A stretch of 62,260 nucleotides of DNA, the filler included. It is 9 parts of 9 records of this genome, joined end to end, with 100 filler letters (N's around TTAATTAATTAA, not from the genome) between each part and the next. Parts side by side here need not be neighbours in the genome. Positions count along the whole stretch, not along the records: positions 6,943 to 15,079 come from SRR31156797_111958; positions 15,180 to 20,342 come from SRR31156797_112101; 7 more parts are not named here. One strand, written 5' to 3'. Position 1 is the stretch's first letter. Each line of letters begins with the position of its first letter. Of the stretch, positions 9,037 to 18,596 are shown one piece after another. The position numbers were made by a program, and so were the translations under genes. Below the pieces are notes generated by a model that was given only the letters and a program-made list of their open reading frames with translations, had not been told where the DNA came from and searched no databases.

Positions 9037-10128
9037 TTATTTTCTGCCGTATCTTAATTCAAAAATCCGTTGGTATGCCATGTCCAGCTCCTCTCCAATG
9101 GCCCGGATATTCCAGATAAATGCGGAGATATTATTGCGCCTTTCAAGGGGGACATCTTCAAATCTGCCTGAGGCCCTGAGGATACGGATGGTTTCGAGGA
9201 ATTCGGGAACGGCGTTTTGGTCCGGCCTCGGATCCGATTCCTCGGCATTCAGGGCATAGCCCGCGAGCCATCGGAACTCAGCCCGGGTGGACGCCAGCAA
9301 TTTTTCCGTACTCTCCGATAGAACGGGGAGCGCCGTTCCCCCGGCATGACGAATGATGGTGGACAGGGAGGTGAAAAGATCGAGAAGCCGGAAAAAGATC
9401 CGGAGCAGACGGGAAAGGGCCTGCCGTTGTTCCGTACGGATACCGGGTTCTGCAGAGGCCTCGAAAAACACCTCTTCACATTGATTCAGGGCATCGATCA
9501 CCTGGATTCGGGTCCGGATGATCTCCCCTTCCAAATCCCGGCCGGTCAGGTAGGCCCGGGAGAGCAGCTCCAGGTGCTCCTCAAAGGGTATCAGGGTGTC
9601 ATGGATCTGTTGCTTCAACGAGCCCCGGGCTTTCTGGGGCCAGATGAAAAACGCGGCCCCCAGGCCGATGCCCGCGCCGATGAGGGTATCGACGATACGC
9701 ACCAGGCCCATCTTCCAGCCCATGGGCATGATCAGTCCCAGGATAATAACAACCGTGGCGGTCAGGGCCACCACAAAAAATGTGTAGCTGTAGTTTTTCA
9801 GGAAAAAGGTCACCATAAAGAGGAACAGGGCAAGGGGGATGATCACAGGGGGATGGGTGCCCAGGGAGACCAGCAGGCCGATGCCCGCCCCCGCGCCCAG
9901 CACGGTCCCCAGGACCCGTTTCCAGCCATGGCGGATGGTGCCGCCCAGGGAAGGCCGCATGATCACCACCACGGTAATGGGCAGCCAGATCCCGTGGTAC
10001 AGGTCCAGGTAATGGGCCACGGCAATGGCAACGGCCACGGCCAAGGCGGATCGTATGGCATGCCGGAAAAAAACGGAGTCGATTCGCAGCTCCCCGCGCA
10101 GTTTTTGGATGGCGTCTGTCCCCATCAT
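9037..10128 (-). CDS. FUSC-family (YccS/YhfK-like) protein, C-terminal-half type
   Basis: FRHAIR, HGIWLPITVVVIMRP, RVLGTVLGA and RIVDTLIG motifs, followed by a helical soluble domain. Confidence 0.88.
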   Translation of the reverse strand: MMGTDAIQKLRGELRIDSVFFRHAIRSALAVAVAIAVAHYLDLYHGIWLPITVVVIMRPSLGGTIRHGWKRVLGTVLGAGAGIGLLVSLGTHPPVIIPLALFLFMVTFFLKNYSYTFFVVALTATVVIILGLIMPMGWKMGLVRIVDTLIGAGIGLGAAFFIWPQKARGSLKQQIHDTLIPFEEHLELLSRAYLTGRDLEGEIIRTRIQVIDALNQCEEVFFEASAEPGIRTEQRQALSRLLRIFFRLLDLFTSLSTIIRHAGGTALPVLSESTEKLLASTRAEFRWLAGYALNAEESDPRPDQNAVPEFLETIRILRASGRFEDVPLERRNNISAFIWNIRAIGEELDMAYQRIFELRYGRK

Positions 10129-11216
10129 TCCCTCTCCCCGATTTGCAGGTGCATCATGGTTTCAAGTTCCCGGGCCAGGTTACGCAGGGCATGGACAATC
10201 CCCCAGATCTCGAGGAACTCCTCCCGGACCGCATCCCCCCGCTTGTATGCCCCCAATTCCAGCAGCCTGTTTTCCAGTTCATCCACGGCCCGGTCCATGG
10301 GTGCCGGGTCCAGGGGCTCCCCCCCGGAAAGGTTCCGGGCAAGCCGCTCAAACGAAAGGGCGGCATCGGCGGCAAGGGCGGTAAAGGCCTGCCTCACCCC
10401 GTCGTACAAGGGGCTCTCCCGGTCCAGGCCACTGTTCTGGTTCAAGTTGATCACCGCGGTCAGTATCCGCACAAGGGTGGCATACAATGCGGTGGGCCCC
10501 TGGTTGCGATCCAGTCCCGCCATGGGATCCATATTCATGGCTTCCATGATTTCCCGGTACCGGCGCACCGACTTGCGGGCCCGGTCCTGGAGCTTATCCA
10601 CCGCTTCAAGGGAATGCTTTGCCTCGATCCGTTCCGCCACAACCGTGAAAAAATCGCCCAGATCCGTTAACGCGGCACTCCCGGCCCTCCGCAGAATCCG
10701 CCGGGGGTGGACCGGCAGGATATAAAAATTGACAACATAGGCGATCCCGCCCCCCATCAGGACCAGCAGCGCACGCATACCTCCGGCAGCCAGGGTATCC
10801 GGCTCCCCAAGGGCAAAGAGATTCAGCAGGAGAATCCCCAGACCCGTTATCATGGCGGGCAGCCCGAGCACCGCGCAAAAGAACGCAAAAAACGCCAAAA
10901 GGAACACATAGGCTTCCCTAAGGAAATCCGTCCCCCCCACCAGGGTGGAAAAGGGCACCAGCAGGGCTGAAATAAAAATCACCCGAAGAGCAACCCGCTT
11001 GCGCTCCCGAAAAGTATTTCCCGCACGGCTCAGCATGACAATAAACCCACCGAAAACGCCCCATTGCAAAAGGACGTCGGGGACCCCGAGCCCCATGCCC
11101 GCAAAAAGGGCGACAACGCATGCCAGTGCCGCTTTGGCGGCATACCGGGTCATGAAGAACGCCGGATCCACCGGATGGATGATTTTTTTATAAAACCCTC
11201 GAATCAAATACTGCAT
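10125..11216 (-). CDS. FUSC-like membrane protein, N-terminal-half type
   Basis: DPAFFMTRYAAKA, about 6 TM segments, ILPVHPRR, then a helical domain. Stop overlaps the next ATG (ATGA). Start placed at MQYL (11216) to avoid overlap with the upstream gene. Confidence 0.75.
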   Translation of the reverse strand: MQYLIRGFYKKIIHPVDPAFFMTRYAAKAALACVVALFAGMGLGVPDVLLQWGVFGGFIVMLSRAGNTFRERKRVALRVIFISALLVPFSTLVGGTDFLREAYVFLLAFFAFFCAVLGLPAMITGLGILLLNLFALGEPDTLAAGGMRALLVLMGGGIAYVVNFYILPVHPRRILRRAGSAALTDLGDFFTVVAERIEAKHSLEAVDKLQDRARKSVRRYREIMEAMNMDPMAGLDRNQGPTALYATLVRILTAVINLNQNSGLDRESPLYDGVRQAFTALAADAALSFERLARNLSGGEPLDPAPMDRAVDELENRLLELGAYKRGDAVREEFLEIWGIVHALRNLARELETMMHLQIGERE

Positions 11217-11295
11217 GGGCCCCCTTTGTTTCTCTCCTTGCCAAAAACGGCCCTGGGAATAAACAACCCGCTCTAATTCCAGGGCATGGTGCTTG

Positions 11296-11832
11296 TCACA
11301 CAAACGGAAACCGTTCCTTTTGCCGGGATTCTTCCTCATCCCCTTGCCTTCCGGTCAACGGTTCGGTTTCCGCCGGCTTCTCCCGGGCAAACAGGAAACC
11401 GGAACCCAGTTGTTCTCCCACCATTGCCTGCTCAATCATCCCCTGATGCCCGTTTTTCTCATTGTCATTCTCCATGACCGCTTCGGCGGCCAGGCGTTTC
11501 TTGATCTCTTCGGCCACCATTTTCTCAATGGCCGCCCGCTGCTCGGGGGGCATATCGGCAAGGTCTTCCTCCGTCAGCCCCATGCCTGCCAGGATCTCCT
11601 TCCTGAGTTCCTCCATTCGCTGGGCCCGGAGCTCCTTGAAAAAACCGGTAAAGCCTTTTTTCCTGATGATGTCAACATCACTTTCGGCTGCATCGTCCCC
11701 GGCGGTGGCGGCATCTCCCGCCATGGCCATCTGATCGGCCAGATAACCGGCAAAAAGACCGGAAGCGTCTCCCCGCTGTTGCCCCGGGACCGCCGGAATC
11801 CCTGCTGTCAACAAATGGGTGTCAATTTTCAT
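11296..11832 (-). CDS. Small helical hypothetical protein
   Basis: AGGAGG RBS before ATG 11832; core IRKKG...EELRKEILAGMGLTEEDLADMPPEQRAAIEKMVAEEIKKRL. Confidence 0.75.
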   Translation of the reverse strand: MKIDTHLLTAGIPAVPGQQRGDASGLFAGYLADQMAMAGDAATAGDDAAESDVDIIRKKGFTGFFKELRAQRMEELRKEILAGMGLTEEDLADMPPEQRAAIEKMVAEEIKKRLAAEAVMENDNEKNGHQGMIEQAMVGEQLGSGFLFAREKPAETEPLTGRQGDEEESRQKERFPFV

Positions 11833-11869
11833 GTTTTCCTCCTTACCTAGGATGTTTTCGCAACAAGGC

Positions 11870-11885
11870 AGCAATTTTCGGGCCA
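11870..11885 (-). promoter_or_regulatory. Sigma54 (RpoN) -24/-12 promoter
   Basis: Minus strand TGGCCCGAAAATTGCT: GG-N10-GC, matching TGGCAC-N5-TTGCW, about 40 nt upstream of ATG 11832. Confidence 0.75.
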
Positions 11886-11969
11886 GCCGACACACTTAAA
11901 CCGGCCGGGCTCCGGCCCCCGTCTCCCTTGGAAGGAGCGACCGCCGGAAAAACAAAGGACGAAATCTGC

Positions 11970-12014
11970 GGCAGGAATTGCCCCCCACAGCCGGGGGCGC
12001 TGGAAGATTTTTCC
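11970..12014. promoter_or_regulatory. Putative pair of sigma54-activator enhancer sites
   Basis: GGCA-N5-TGCC (11970-11982) and GGAA-N5-TTCC (12002-12014), 32 bp apart and about 85-130 bp upstream of the -24 element. Confidence 0.45.
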
Positions 12015-12119
12015 CCTGGTTCACCGGCTCCCTCCGGCCGTTTCAATGGGGGACGGTGCCGCCCTCCCCTTGCATGGGGGAATCCCCCCGGCTTCCGGGG
12101 TGGCAAAGCGCCTTTATTG

Positions 12120-12149
12120 GTTGGCATTGCCAACTTTGTTTGATATGAT
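12120..12149 (+). promoter_or_regulatory. Sigma70-type promoter overlapped by a 15-bp inverted repeat
   Basis: TTGGCA-N17-TATGAT with TG extension; inverted repeat GTTGGCA-T-TGCCAAC at 12120-12134. Confidence 0.55.
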
Positions 12150-12241
12150 CGTTTCTCTTTGAAAAAAGACAATGGCATTGGGTTCGGGAGGTTGCAGATC
12201 ATCCGCATGGCTCCTTGGAATCAGAGCGGAAGGAGAGGTTC

Positions 12242-15079
12242 ATGGCAAAGGCAAAAAAGGGCGGTAAAAAACGGCAAAAGGCAACCGGTTCCCAGGTTGC
12301 ATTTGCAGACATGCCATTGGATCAAGTAATGGCCAGGGGGGAGCAGCTGCTCGCCTCGGGCAATGCCCGTGAAGCCCTGAAGGCCTTTAAATACCTCAAG
12401 AAAAAAGAGTTTCATCCCGACACCCTTTCGATCTGCCTGTTCAGGACCTATCTCATGCGGTATGAGCAGCTGCTGGAAAAGAAAATGATGAAAGAAGCAG
12501 GGGTGATCCTGGCGTCCGCCCTTGAATTCCTGCCGGCGGGAAGCGATCTCTCCCCGGCGGCCTTGACATCCAGCCTCACCCTCCTGCCCCTTGAAACAGG
12601 CGTGGCCCTGTATGGGGATTTCCTCTCATGCAACGATCCCATACCGGAGATGGAGCGGTTGATCGGAAACAGGGCGGTCCTTGAAGACAACCTTTCCCTT
12701 CTTGACGCCCTTCCCGGAGATACGGCCCTTGCCGGCGGGAAAGCCTGCCTTGCAAAAGCGAGTGTTGCCATGAATGCGGGCCACTGGAAACAAGCCCTCA
12801 AGGAATTGAAACCGGTCCCCCGCAAATCGCCATTCGCTGATATCAAGATATTTGCCAAGCTCATGGCAAGCTTTGTAAATGATGATCACAAAGGGATGGA
12901 AAAGGCGATCTCCCTGTTAGGCAAGGCGTTTCCCCTGACATCGGTGCCGACGCTCCTGACCGCCTATGTCAAAGAGGGGGGAATACCGGCTGCCGTTGGC
13001 GCCAGTGAAACCGCGACCCTGCTGTGGGGGGACGCCGTTTCAAATGAACGCCATGCCCGGGCCTTGGAAAAAGGAATTTCCGACAACAATCCCCTGAAGA
13101 TAAAGCAGGCGGCCACAGGGCTTGCCGCCGCCCTTCCCGCCGCCGATCGGGCCGGCGCCATGGAGTTTCTGGCAGAGATGGCCGGCCAGGGGGTGATTGA
13201 GAGAACCCACCAGCCCGACCATGCCATGGTCCTGTTTCGAAAGATACTCCCGTCAAAGGCCAGGGCCGAACAGCTGTTTATCAAGGCCCTTGCCCCCAGG
13301 GACCATTTTTTCAATGATCTTGCCGAGGATTTCTGGCACCACCTGGACCGGATGTTCCCGGACACCACCGGACGCAACCTGGCCAGGGCCCTTGTCCTGG
13401 TGGAGATCACCCAACAACTCATGGGGAACCCGGACGGGGTGTTCCGCGTAAAAGAGGAGTTAAACGCCTTTTTCAGCAGAATCGGCCTGAAAGACACAAT
13501 TCAGATCAAAGACCGGGACAGGGGGGAAGGGATGCACCGGGTCGCCCTGGCCATCCTCAGGCAGGCCCTGGCCCTGGACAGTGAAAACCGGGACGCCTGC
13601 GGGTTGATGCTGGCGCTTCCCCTTGATTCCCCTGCCCTTCGCAAGGCCATCACGCCCATGCTTGAAACCATGGCCCATGTATTCCCGGAGGATCCCCGGC
13701 CCTGCCTCCGGCTGGCAAACCTCCATGCCCGAAAAAGTGCCGTCCGAAAAGCCGAAACCGCCCTCAAGGAAGCGTTTCGCAGGGCCCCCCATGATGGCGA
13801 GGTCCTGGAACAATACGCCCTGTCCCATATTCTCGCCGCCAACAGAAAGCTGACCGTGGAGAAATACCGGCTGGCCATGGCAGACCTCAATGCTGCAGCC
13901 GGCATGGGGGTGGCATCCCTTGAAATCTATATTGCTGAAAAACGGCTGCTGTGGGATCTCATTAAAACCGCTAAATTTTCCAGAAAGATGTTTGAAGAGA
14001 TGACCCGGGACTTGGGCCCGGCCCAGACCCTGAAGGTGCTGGCCCTCTTCAAGATCGACCTCTCCGCCCCCGGCGCGACCTGGCCCGGCGCTCCCAGGGG
14101 GCTGGCGTCGGTTTTCAATGAATCCAAGAAACGAATACCGGAGTTGGCCTCCCGGGAGATTCTCTACCTGTTAAAGCCGGTTGACGAACCACTCAAGGAG
14201 CTGTACCATGGATCAGACTGCACATCCTGGTTCATGGACAAAAGGGGAACGATCCTGACCCGTCTCAATTCCCGGGATCTGACCGAGATCGCCCCGGATC
14301 TGGTTGTCAACGGCGCAACGGACCCGGTGATCCGGGAGCTTGCCAAACGGATCCCGGCCAAGGGCGACAACACACCGGAGTCGATTCAGATAGCATTCCT
14401 TCATCTCTCCCTGACCCATATCCGGGGAGACAGGGTCAATGCCCGGGCGTTTTCATCCATCATCCATGCCGCGGCAGAGCCCGTAAAGGAAAGGCTTCGG
14501 ATGATCTCAAGACGGCTTGCCCCCATGGCCCCCGGCCATTTACGCCCGGCCTACGAGCAATTTGATTTCAGCCGGCTCGATTCGCCCTTCGGGAACGGCC
14601 CGTTTCCCTTTGACATCAACCCCGACCAGCCGAACGCGTTCGAGGAGATGATGGAGCGTCTCATGGATGATTTCATGGACGCGGATGACGACGACGGGGA
14701 TGATGATGACGACTGGCGGGACGACGACGAGTGGGAGCATTTTCAGGTGGAGGCGGTATTTTGCAAAGGCCTTGATACCGAGGAGATCTATGACCTGGTG
14801 TACGACCTTCAGGAGGATGCCGAATGGGTCCTGATAAATCGGAGACACCCGGATCGGGCACTGTATGCCGGGGATTTCATGGACTCTTTTGAGACCCTTC
14901 TGCAGGCGGTGCGGAAAAAAGGCCTTGATTCCCCGGAGGAATTCAGAAAGGCGGGGGTTCGCTTTGCCCGGCATGTTCCCTGTGCCCGGGACGCCTTGAA
15001 CGCGTTCAATACCGCCGGCAAGACCAGCGGGCACCATATTTCAAAAGAACTGATCAGTTTTATTCTGGGCATGAGAATA
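12242..15079 (+). CDS. Large alpha-helical (TPR-like) hypothetical protein with an acidic segment, 3'-truncated
   Basis: About 945 codons open to the contig end; Lys-rich N-terminus; TPR-like stretch (PEDPRPCLRLANLHARKSAVRKAETALKEAFRRAPHD); Asp-rich linker near the C-terminus; GAGG RBS. Confidence 0.8.
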
Positions 15080-15179
15080 NNNNNNNNNNNNNNNNNNNNN
15101 NNNNNNNNNNNNNNNNNNNNNNNTTAATTAATTAANNNNNNNNNNNNNNNNNNNNNNNNNNNNNNNNNNNNNNNNNNNN
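15080..15179. other. Artificial contig spacer 2
   Basis: Same 100-nt N/TTAATTAATTAA linker. Confidence 0.99.
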
Positions 15180-18100
15180 CCCTATGTCAGCCGTGGAGGG
15201 CTCGACTACGGTGATGCTACCGCACAGCTCGTGCAGATGAACCTGATCGCCCTGCACGAAGCAGGATACACAGGCAACGGCGTCATTGTCGGTGTCCTGG
15301 ACACGGGCTTCAAACGAACGCATGAAGCGTTCACCAACCCGGTCCACCCGGTGAACGTGATCGCCGAATACGACTTCGTCGATAACGATGGCAACACGTC
15401 GCAGGAAACCGGCGACGCCTCGTCTCAGCACAACCACGGAACCCAGGTCCTCAGTACCATCGGTGCCTACAAACCAGGTTCGCTCGTCGGCGGTGCCTAC
15501 AACGCCTCATTCGTTCTCGCTAAAACCGAAGACACGACCGGTGAATACCAGGGCGAAGAAGACAACTTCGTCGCTGGTCTCGAATTCATCGAATCACACG
15601 GCGCCGACATGGGAACCGCCTCCCTGGGATACATCGACTGGTACACCCAGGCTGACATGGACGGCCTCACCTGCGTAACCACCATCGCCATGAACGCAGC
15701 CAATAACCGCGGCCTGCACTTCTGCAATGCCGCCGGTAACGAATACCACGACTCTGATCCGTCCACGTCCAGCATCATTGCTCCGTCTGACGCATTCAAA
15801 GTCATCACCTGTGGAGGTGTAACCAGCTCAGGAACAATCTCATCGTTCAGCTCGGACGGCCCGACAGCAGATGGCCGTATCAAGCCGGAAATTCTGGCAC
15901 GGGGAAGTAGCGCTTCAACCGTATCGCCGAGCAGCGATACATCCTACACGACGGCAGATGGAACATCCTTTGCAACACCTCTCGTAGCGTGTTCGATCGC
16001 CTGCCTGATCGAAGCCCGCCCCCACTGGACCGTGGACCAGATGCGCGAGCACGTCTTCACCACGGCAACGGACTATGTCGCCAACGGCACACACGACCCA
16101 CTCTTCGTTCGCGGCTACGGCATCATCGATGCATTCGCTGCCTACAGTTCCTGCGATACCGCAGGCTCCGTGAACCTGGATCGTCCGGAATACACCTGCG
16201 ATGGTACAGTTCAGGTCATTGTCTCGGACTGTGACCTCAACACCGATGACAACGTACTCGATACCGTCGTCGTTCATGTTGAATCAACCCAGATGCCGAC
16301 CGGCTTTGACATCACCCTGACCGAAACCACTGTCGATTCCGCCGAACTCGCAGGAACCGTCACCTTATCCACGGACGGCACCCCCGGCACATTAACCGTC
16401 GCCGAGGGCGGCTCGATTATCGTTACATACATCGATGCAGACGACGGACAGGGCAACCTCAACGTCACGGTCACAGGCTCCGCCTCGATCGACTGCACCG
16501 ACCCGGCGATCTCCAATATCAGCGTTCTCGACATCCAGCCTCGCAGCGTGGAAATCGGATTCGATGCTGACGAACCCGTCCAGGCAACTGTCCTCTTTGG
16601 AACGGACTGCAGCAGCCTCGACCGCGTCACGACCGGTTTCGGCTATGATACTTCACCAAGCGTCACTGTTTCCGGACTCGCCTCTGATACAACATACTAC
16701 TATGCCGTCCGGGCCGAAGATGAAGCCGGAAACCAGACCTATGATGACAACAGCGGATTCTGCCGCAGCTTCACAACCCTGGAAATCCCAGACTTCTTCA
16801 CCGAACAGTTCACCAGCGGTGTAGACCTCGGCGGACTCATGCTGACCTTTAACCCGATCGGAACGCCAGATGCGTACGAACTCTGCGCTGAACCCATTGT
16901 TGAATTCCCGGTAGATCCGACAGGTGGAACGGTCCTCGCTTTGACTGACGAATCGTCGGAAGAACTCGCGATCACCGGCAACACCGTCAAACTCTACGGC
17001 GTCGAATATTCATCGGTATTCCTCTGCTCCAACGGCTACATCAACTTCGAAAGCGCCGGCAACGACTACACGGAAACATTCGCCGAGCACTTCGAACAAC
17101 CTCGTGTATCCATGCTCTGGGATGACTACAACCCACACACCGGTGGAACCGTTTCCTGGAAGCAGCTCACAGATAAAATCGTCATTACGTTCGAAGACGT
17201 ACCCGAGTACAGCAACGGTAGTGGTGTAGACAACACTTTCCAGTGCGAGCTGCACTTCGACGGAACCATCGTGCTGTCCTACATCACACCCGGAACCAAC
17301 GACGCAATCGTGGGTCTCTCGGCAGGAAAAGGGCAGTCGGCTGACTTCTATCCGTCCGACCTCAGCATGTACACAGGATGTGATCCAAGACCACCTGCCG
17401 CTCTCGACCAGCAGATGCAGACTCCCGTCAACACGCTTCTGCCTGTAACGCTGACCGCTCATGATGACGGCCATCCCGATCCACCAGCCGCATTGGCGTT
17501 CTCAATCGAATCACTGCCGGCACACGGAATGCTCGAAGAAGCAGGCGTCCCGATCAAAACGGTTCCCCACCAGCTGGCCAGCGACCTGGTCGACTATGTC
17601 CCCGCCCGGAACTACCAGGGAATGGATTCGTTTTCCTTCACCGCTGACGATGGCGGTATCCCGCCCATGGCCGGTGAATCGAATGTCGCCGACATCACCA
17701 TCACCGTAGGCGGACCGCAGGTCGTCTACAACTTCCCGATGGATGTGGATCCGGGCTGGACCGGAACAGGCCTCTGGGCATTCGGCATCCCGACCGGTGG
17801 CGGATCTCATAACTTCGATCCAACCAGCGGCTACACGGGCGACAACGTCTACGGCTACAACCTGGAAGGCGATTACGAAAATGGGATGGATGCCGAAACC
17901 CTCACCACTACCGTGATGGACCTGACTGACGTCACCAACTCCAAGCTTGTATTCCAGCGATGGCTGGGCGTCGAGTCGGCCTCCTACGACCATGCGAAAC
18001 TGGAAATCTACAACGGCTCCTGGCATACCATCTGGAATCACACGGGAAGCTCCATCAGCGAGAACTCGTGGAACGAGATGGAATACGACATCTCCGGATG

Positions 18101-18401
18101 GGCTGACGGGCAAAGCATCCGCCTGAGATGGACCATGGGCATCACGGACAACAACGTCTCCTACCCCGGCTGGAACATCGACGACGTCCAGATCATCGGT
18201 CTCGTCGAGCTGGTTATTCCGGCCGATGGTGACAGCGATCTGGATGGCGACGTAGATCTCCTGGACTTCGCCGTATTCCAGGACTGCTTCGGCAGTTCGG
18301 ATGAAAACTGTCTTGGCATCTTCGATTTCGATGAAGATGATTCAATCACGATCGCGGACTACGTGAAACTCGAAGGAATCATGGTGGGTCCGCGGAAGTA
18401 A
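15180..18401 (+). CDS. Multidomain S8 subtilisin-like serine protease with FN3/Ig-like modules and a C-terminal dockerin-like Ca-binding repeat (5'-truncated)
   Basis: Triad motifs VLDTG, HGT, GTSFATP and oxyanion AAGN; FN3-like VSGLASDTTYYYAVRA; Ig-like YVPARNYQGMDSFSF; tail GDSDLDGDVDLLDF...DFDEDDSITIADY. Confidence 0.92.
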   Translation, partial: PYVSRGGLDYGDATAQLVQMNLIALHEAGYTGNGVIVGVLDTGFKRTHEAFTNPVHPVNVIAEYDFVDNDGNTSQETGDASSQHNHGTQVLSTIGAYKPGSLVGGAYNASFVLAKTEDTTGEYQGEEDNFVAGLEFIESHGADMGTASLGYIDWYTQADMDGLTCVTTIAMNAANNRGLHFCNAAGNEYHDSDPSTSSIIAPSDAFKVITCGGVTSSGTISSFSSDGPTADGRIKPEILARGSSASTVSPSSDTSYTTADGTSFATPLVACSIACLIEARPHWTVDQMREHVFTTATDYVANGTHDPLFVRGYGIIDAFAAYSSCDTAGSVNLDRPEYTCDGTVQVIVSDCDLNTDDNVLDTVVVHVESTQMPTGFDITLTETTVDSAELAGTVTLSTDGTPGTLTVAEGGSIIVTYIDADDGQGNLNVTVTGSASIDCTDPAISNISVLDIQPRSVEIGFDADEPVQATVLFGTDCSSLDRVTTGFGYDTSPSVTVSGLASDTTYYYAVRAEDEAGNQTYDDNSGFCRSFTTLEIPDFFTEQFTSGVDLGGLMLTFNPIGTPDAYELCAEPIVEFPVDPTGGTVLALTDESSEELAITGNTVKLYGVEYSSVFLCSNGYINFESAGNDYTETFAEHFEQPRVSMLWDDYNPHTGGTVSWKQLTDKIVITFEDVPEYSNGSGVDNTFQCELHFDGTIVLSYITPGTNDAIVGLSAGKGQSADFYPSDLSMYTGCDPRPPAALDQQMQTPVNTLLPVTLTAHDDGHPDPPAALAFSIESLPAHGMLEEAGVPIKTVPHQLASDLVDYVPARNYQGMDSFSFTADDGGIPPMAGESNVADITITVGGPQVVYNFPMDVDPGWTGTGLWAFGIPTGGGSHNFDPTSGYTGDNVYGYNLEGDYENGMDAETLTTTVMDLTDVTNSKLVFQRWLGVESASYDHAKLEIYNGSWHTIWNHTGSSISENSWNEMEYDISGWADGQSIRLRWTMGITDNNVSYPGWNIDDVQIIGLVELVIPADGDSDLDGDVDLLDFAVFQDCFGSSDENCLGIFDFDEDDSITIADYVKLEGIMVGPRK

Positions 18402-18450
18402 AACCACATGGACAAAAGTTCATAAATCTTGAACAATCGACTGGAAAAAG

Positions 18451-18490
18451 AATCGCGTGAATGTATGATTGCATTCACGCGATTTTCTTA
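18451..18490 (+). terminator. Intrinsic terminator-like hairpin
   Basis: AATCGCGTGAATGTA-TGAT-TGCATTCACGCGATT followed by TTCTT. Confidence 0.7.
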
Positions 18491-18596
18491 TCGCAAACGG
18501 GAACTTGCGAATATCAGGAAAGACACCATATGACCACATCGAATCAATCACGATCCTGATCGCATCACAAACTGTCATCAGGTGAGGGGAACGAAG

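Noticed and set aside
14680-14735. GAT/GAC trinucleotide-like runs here and at 23150-23290 as DNA microsatellites
   Set aside because: Mixed synonymous codons encoding acidic protein tracts; not perfect tandem DNA repeats.
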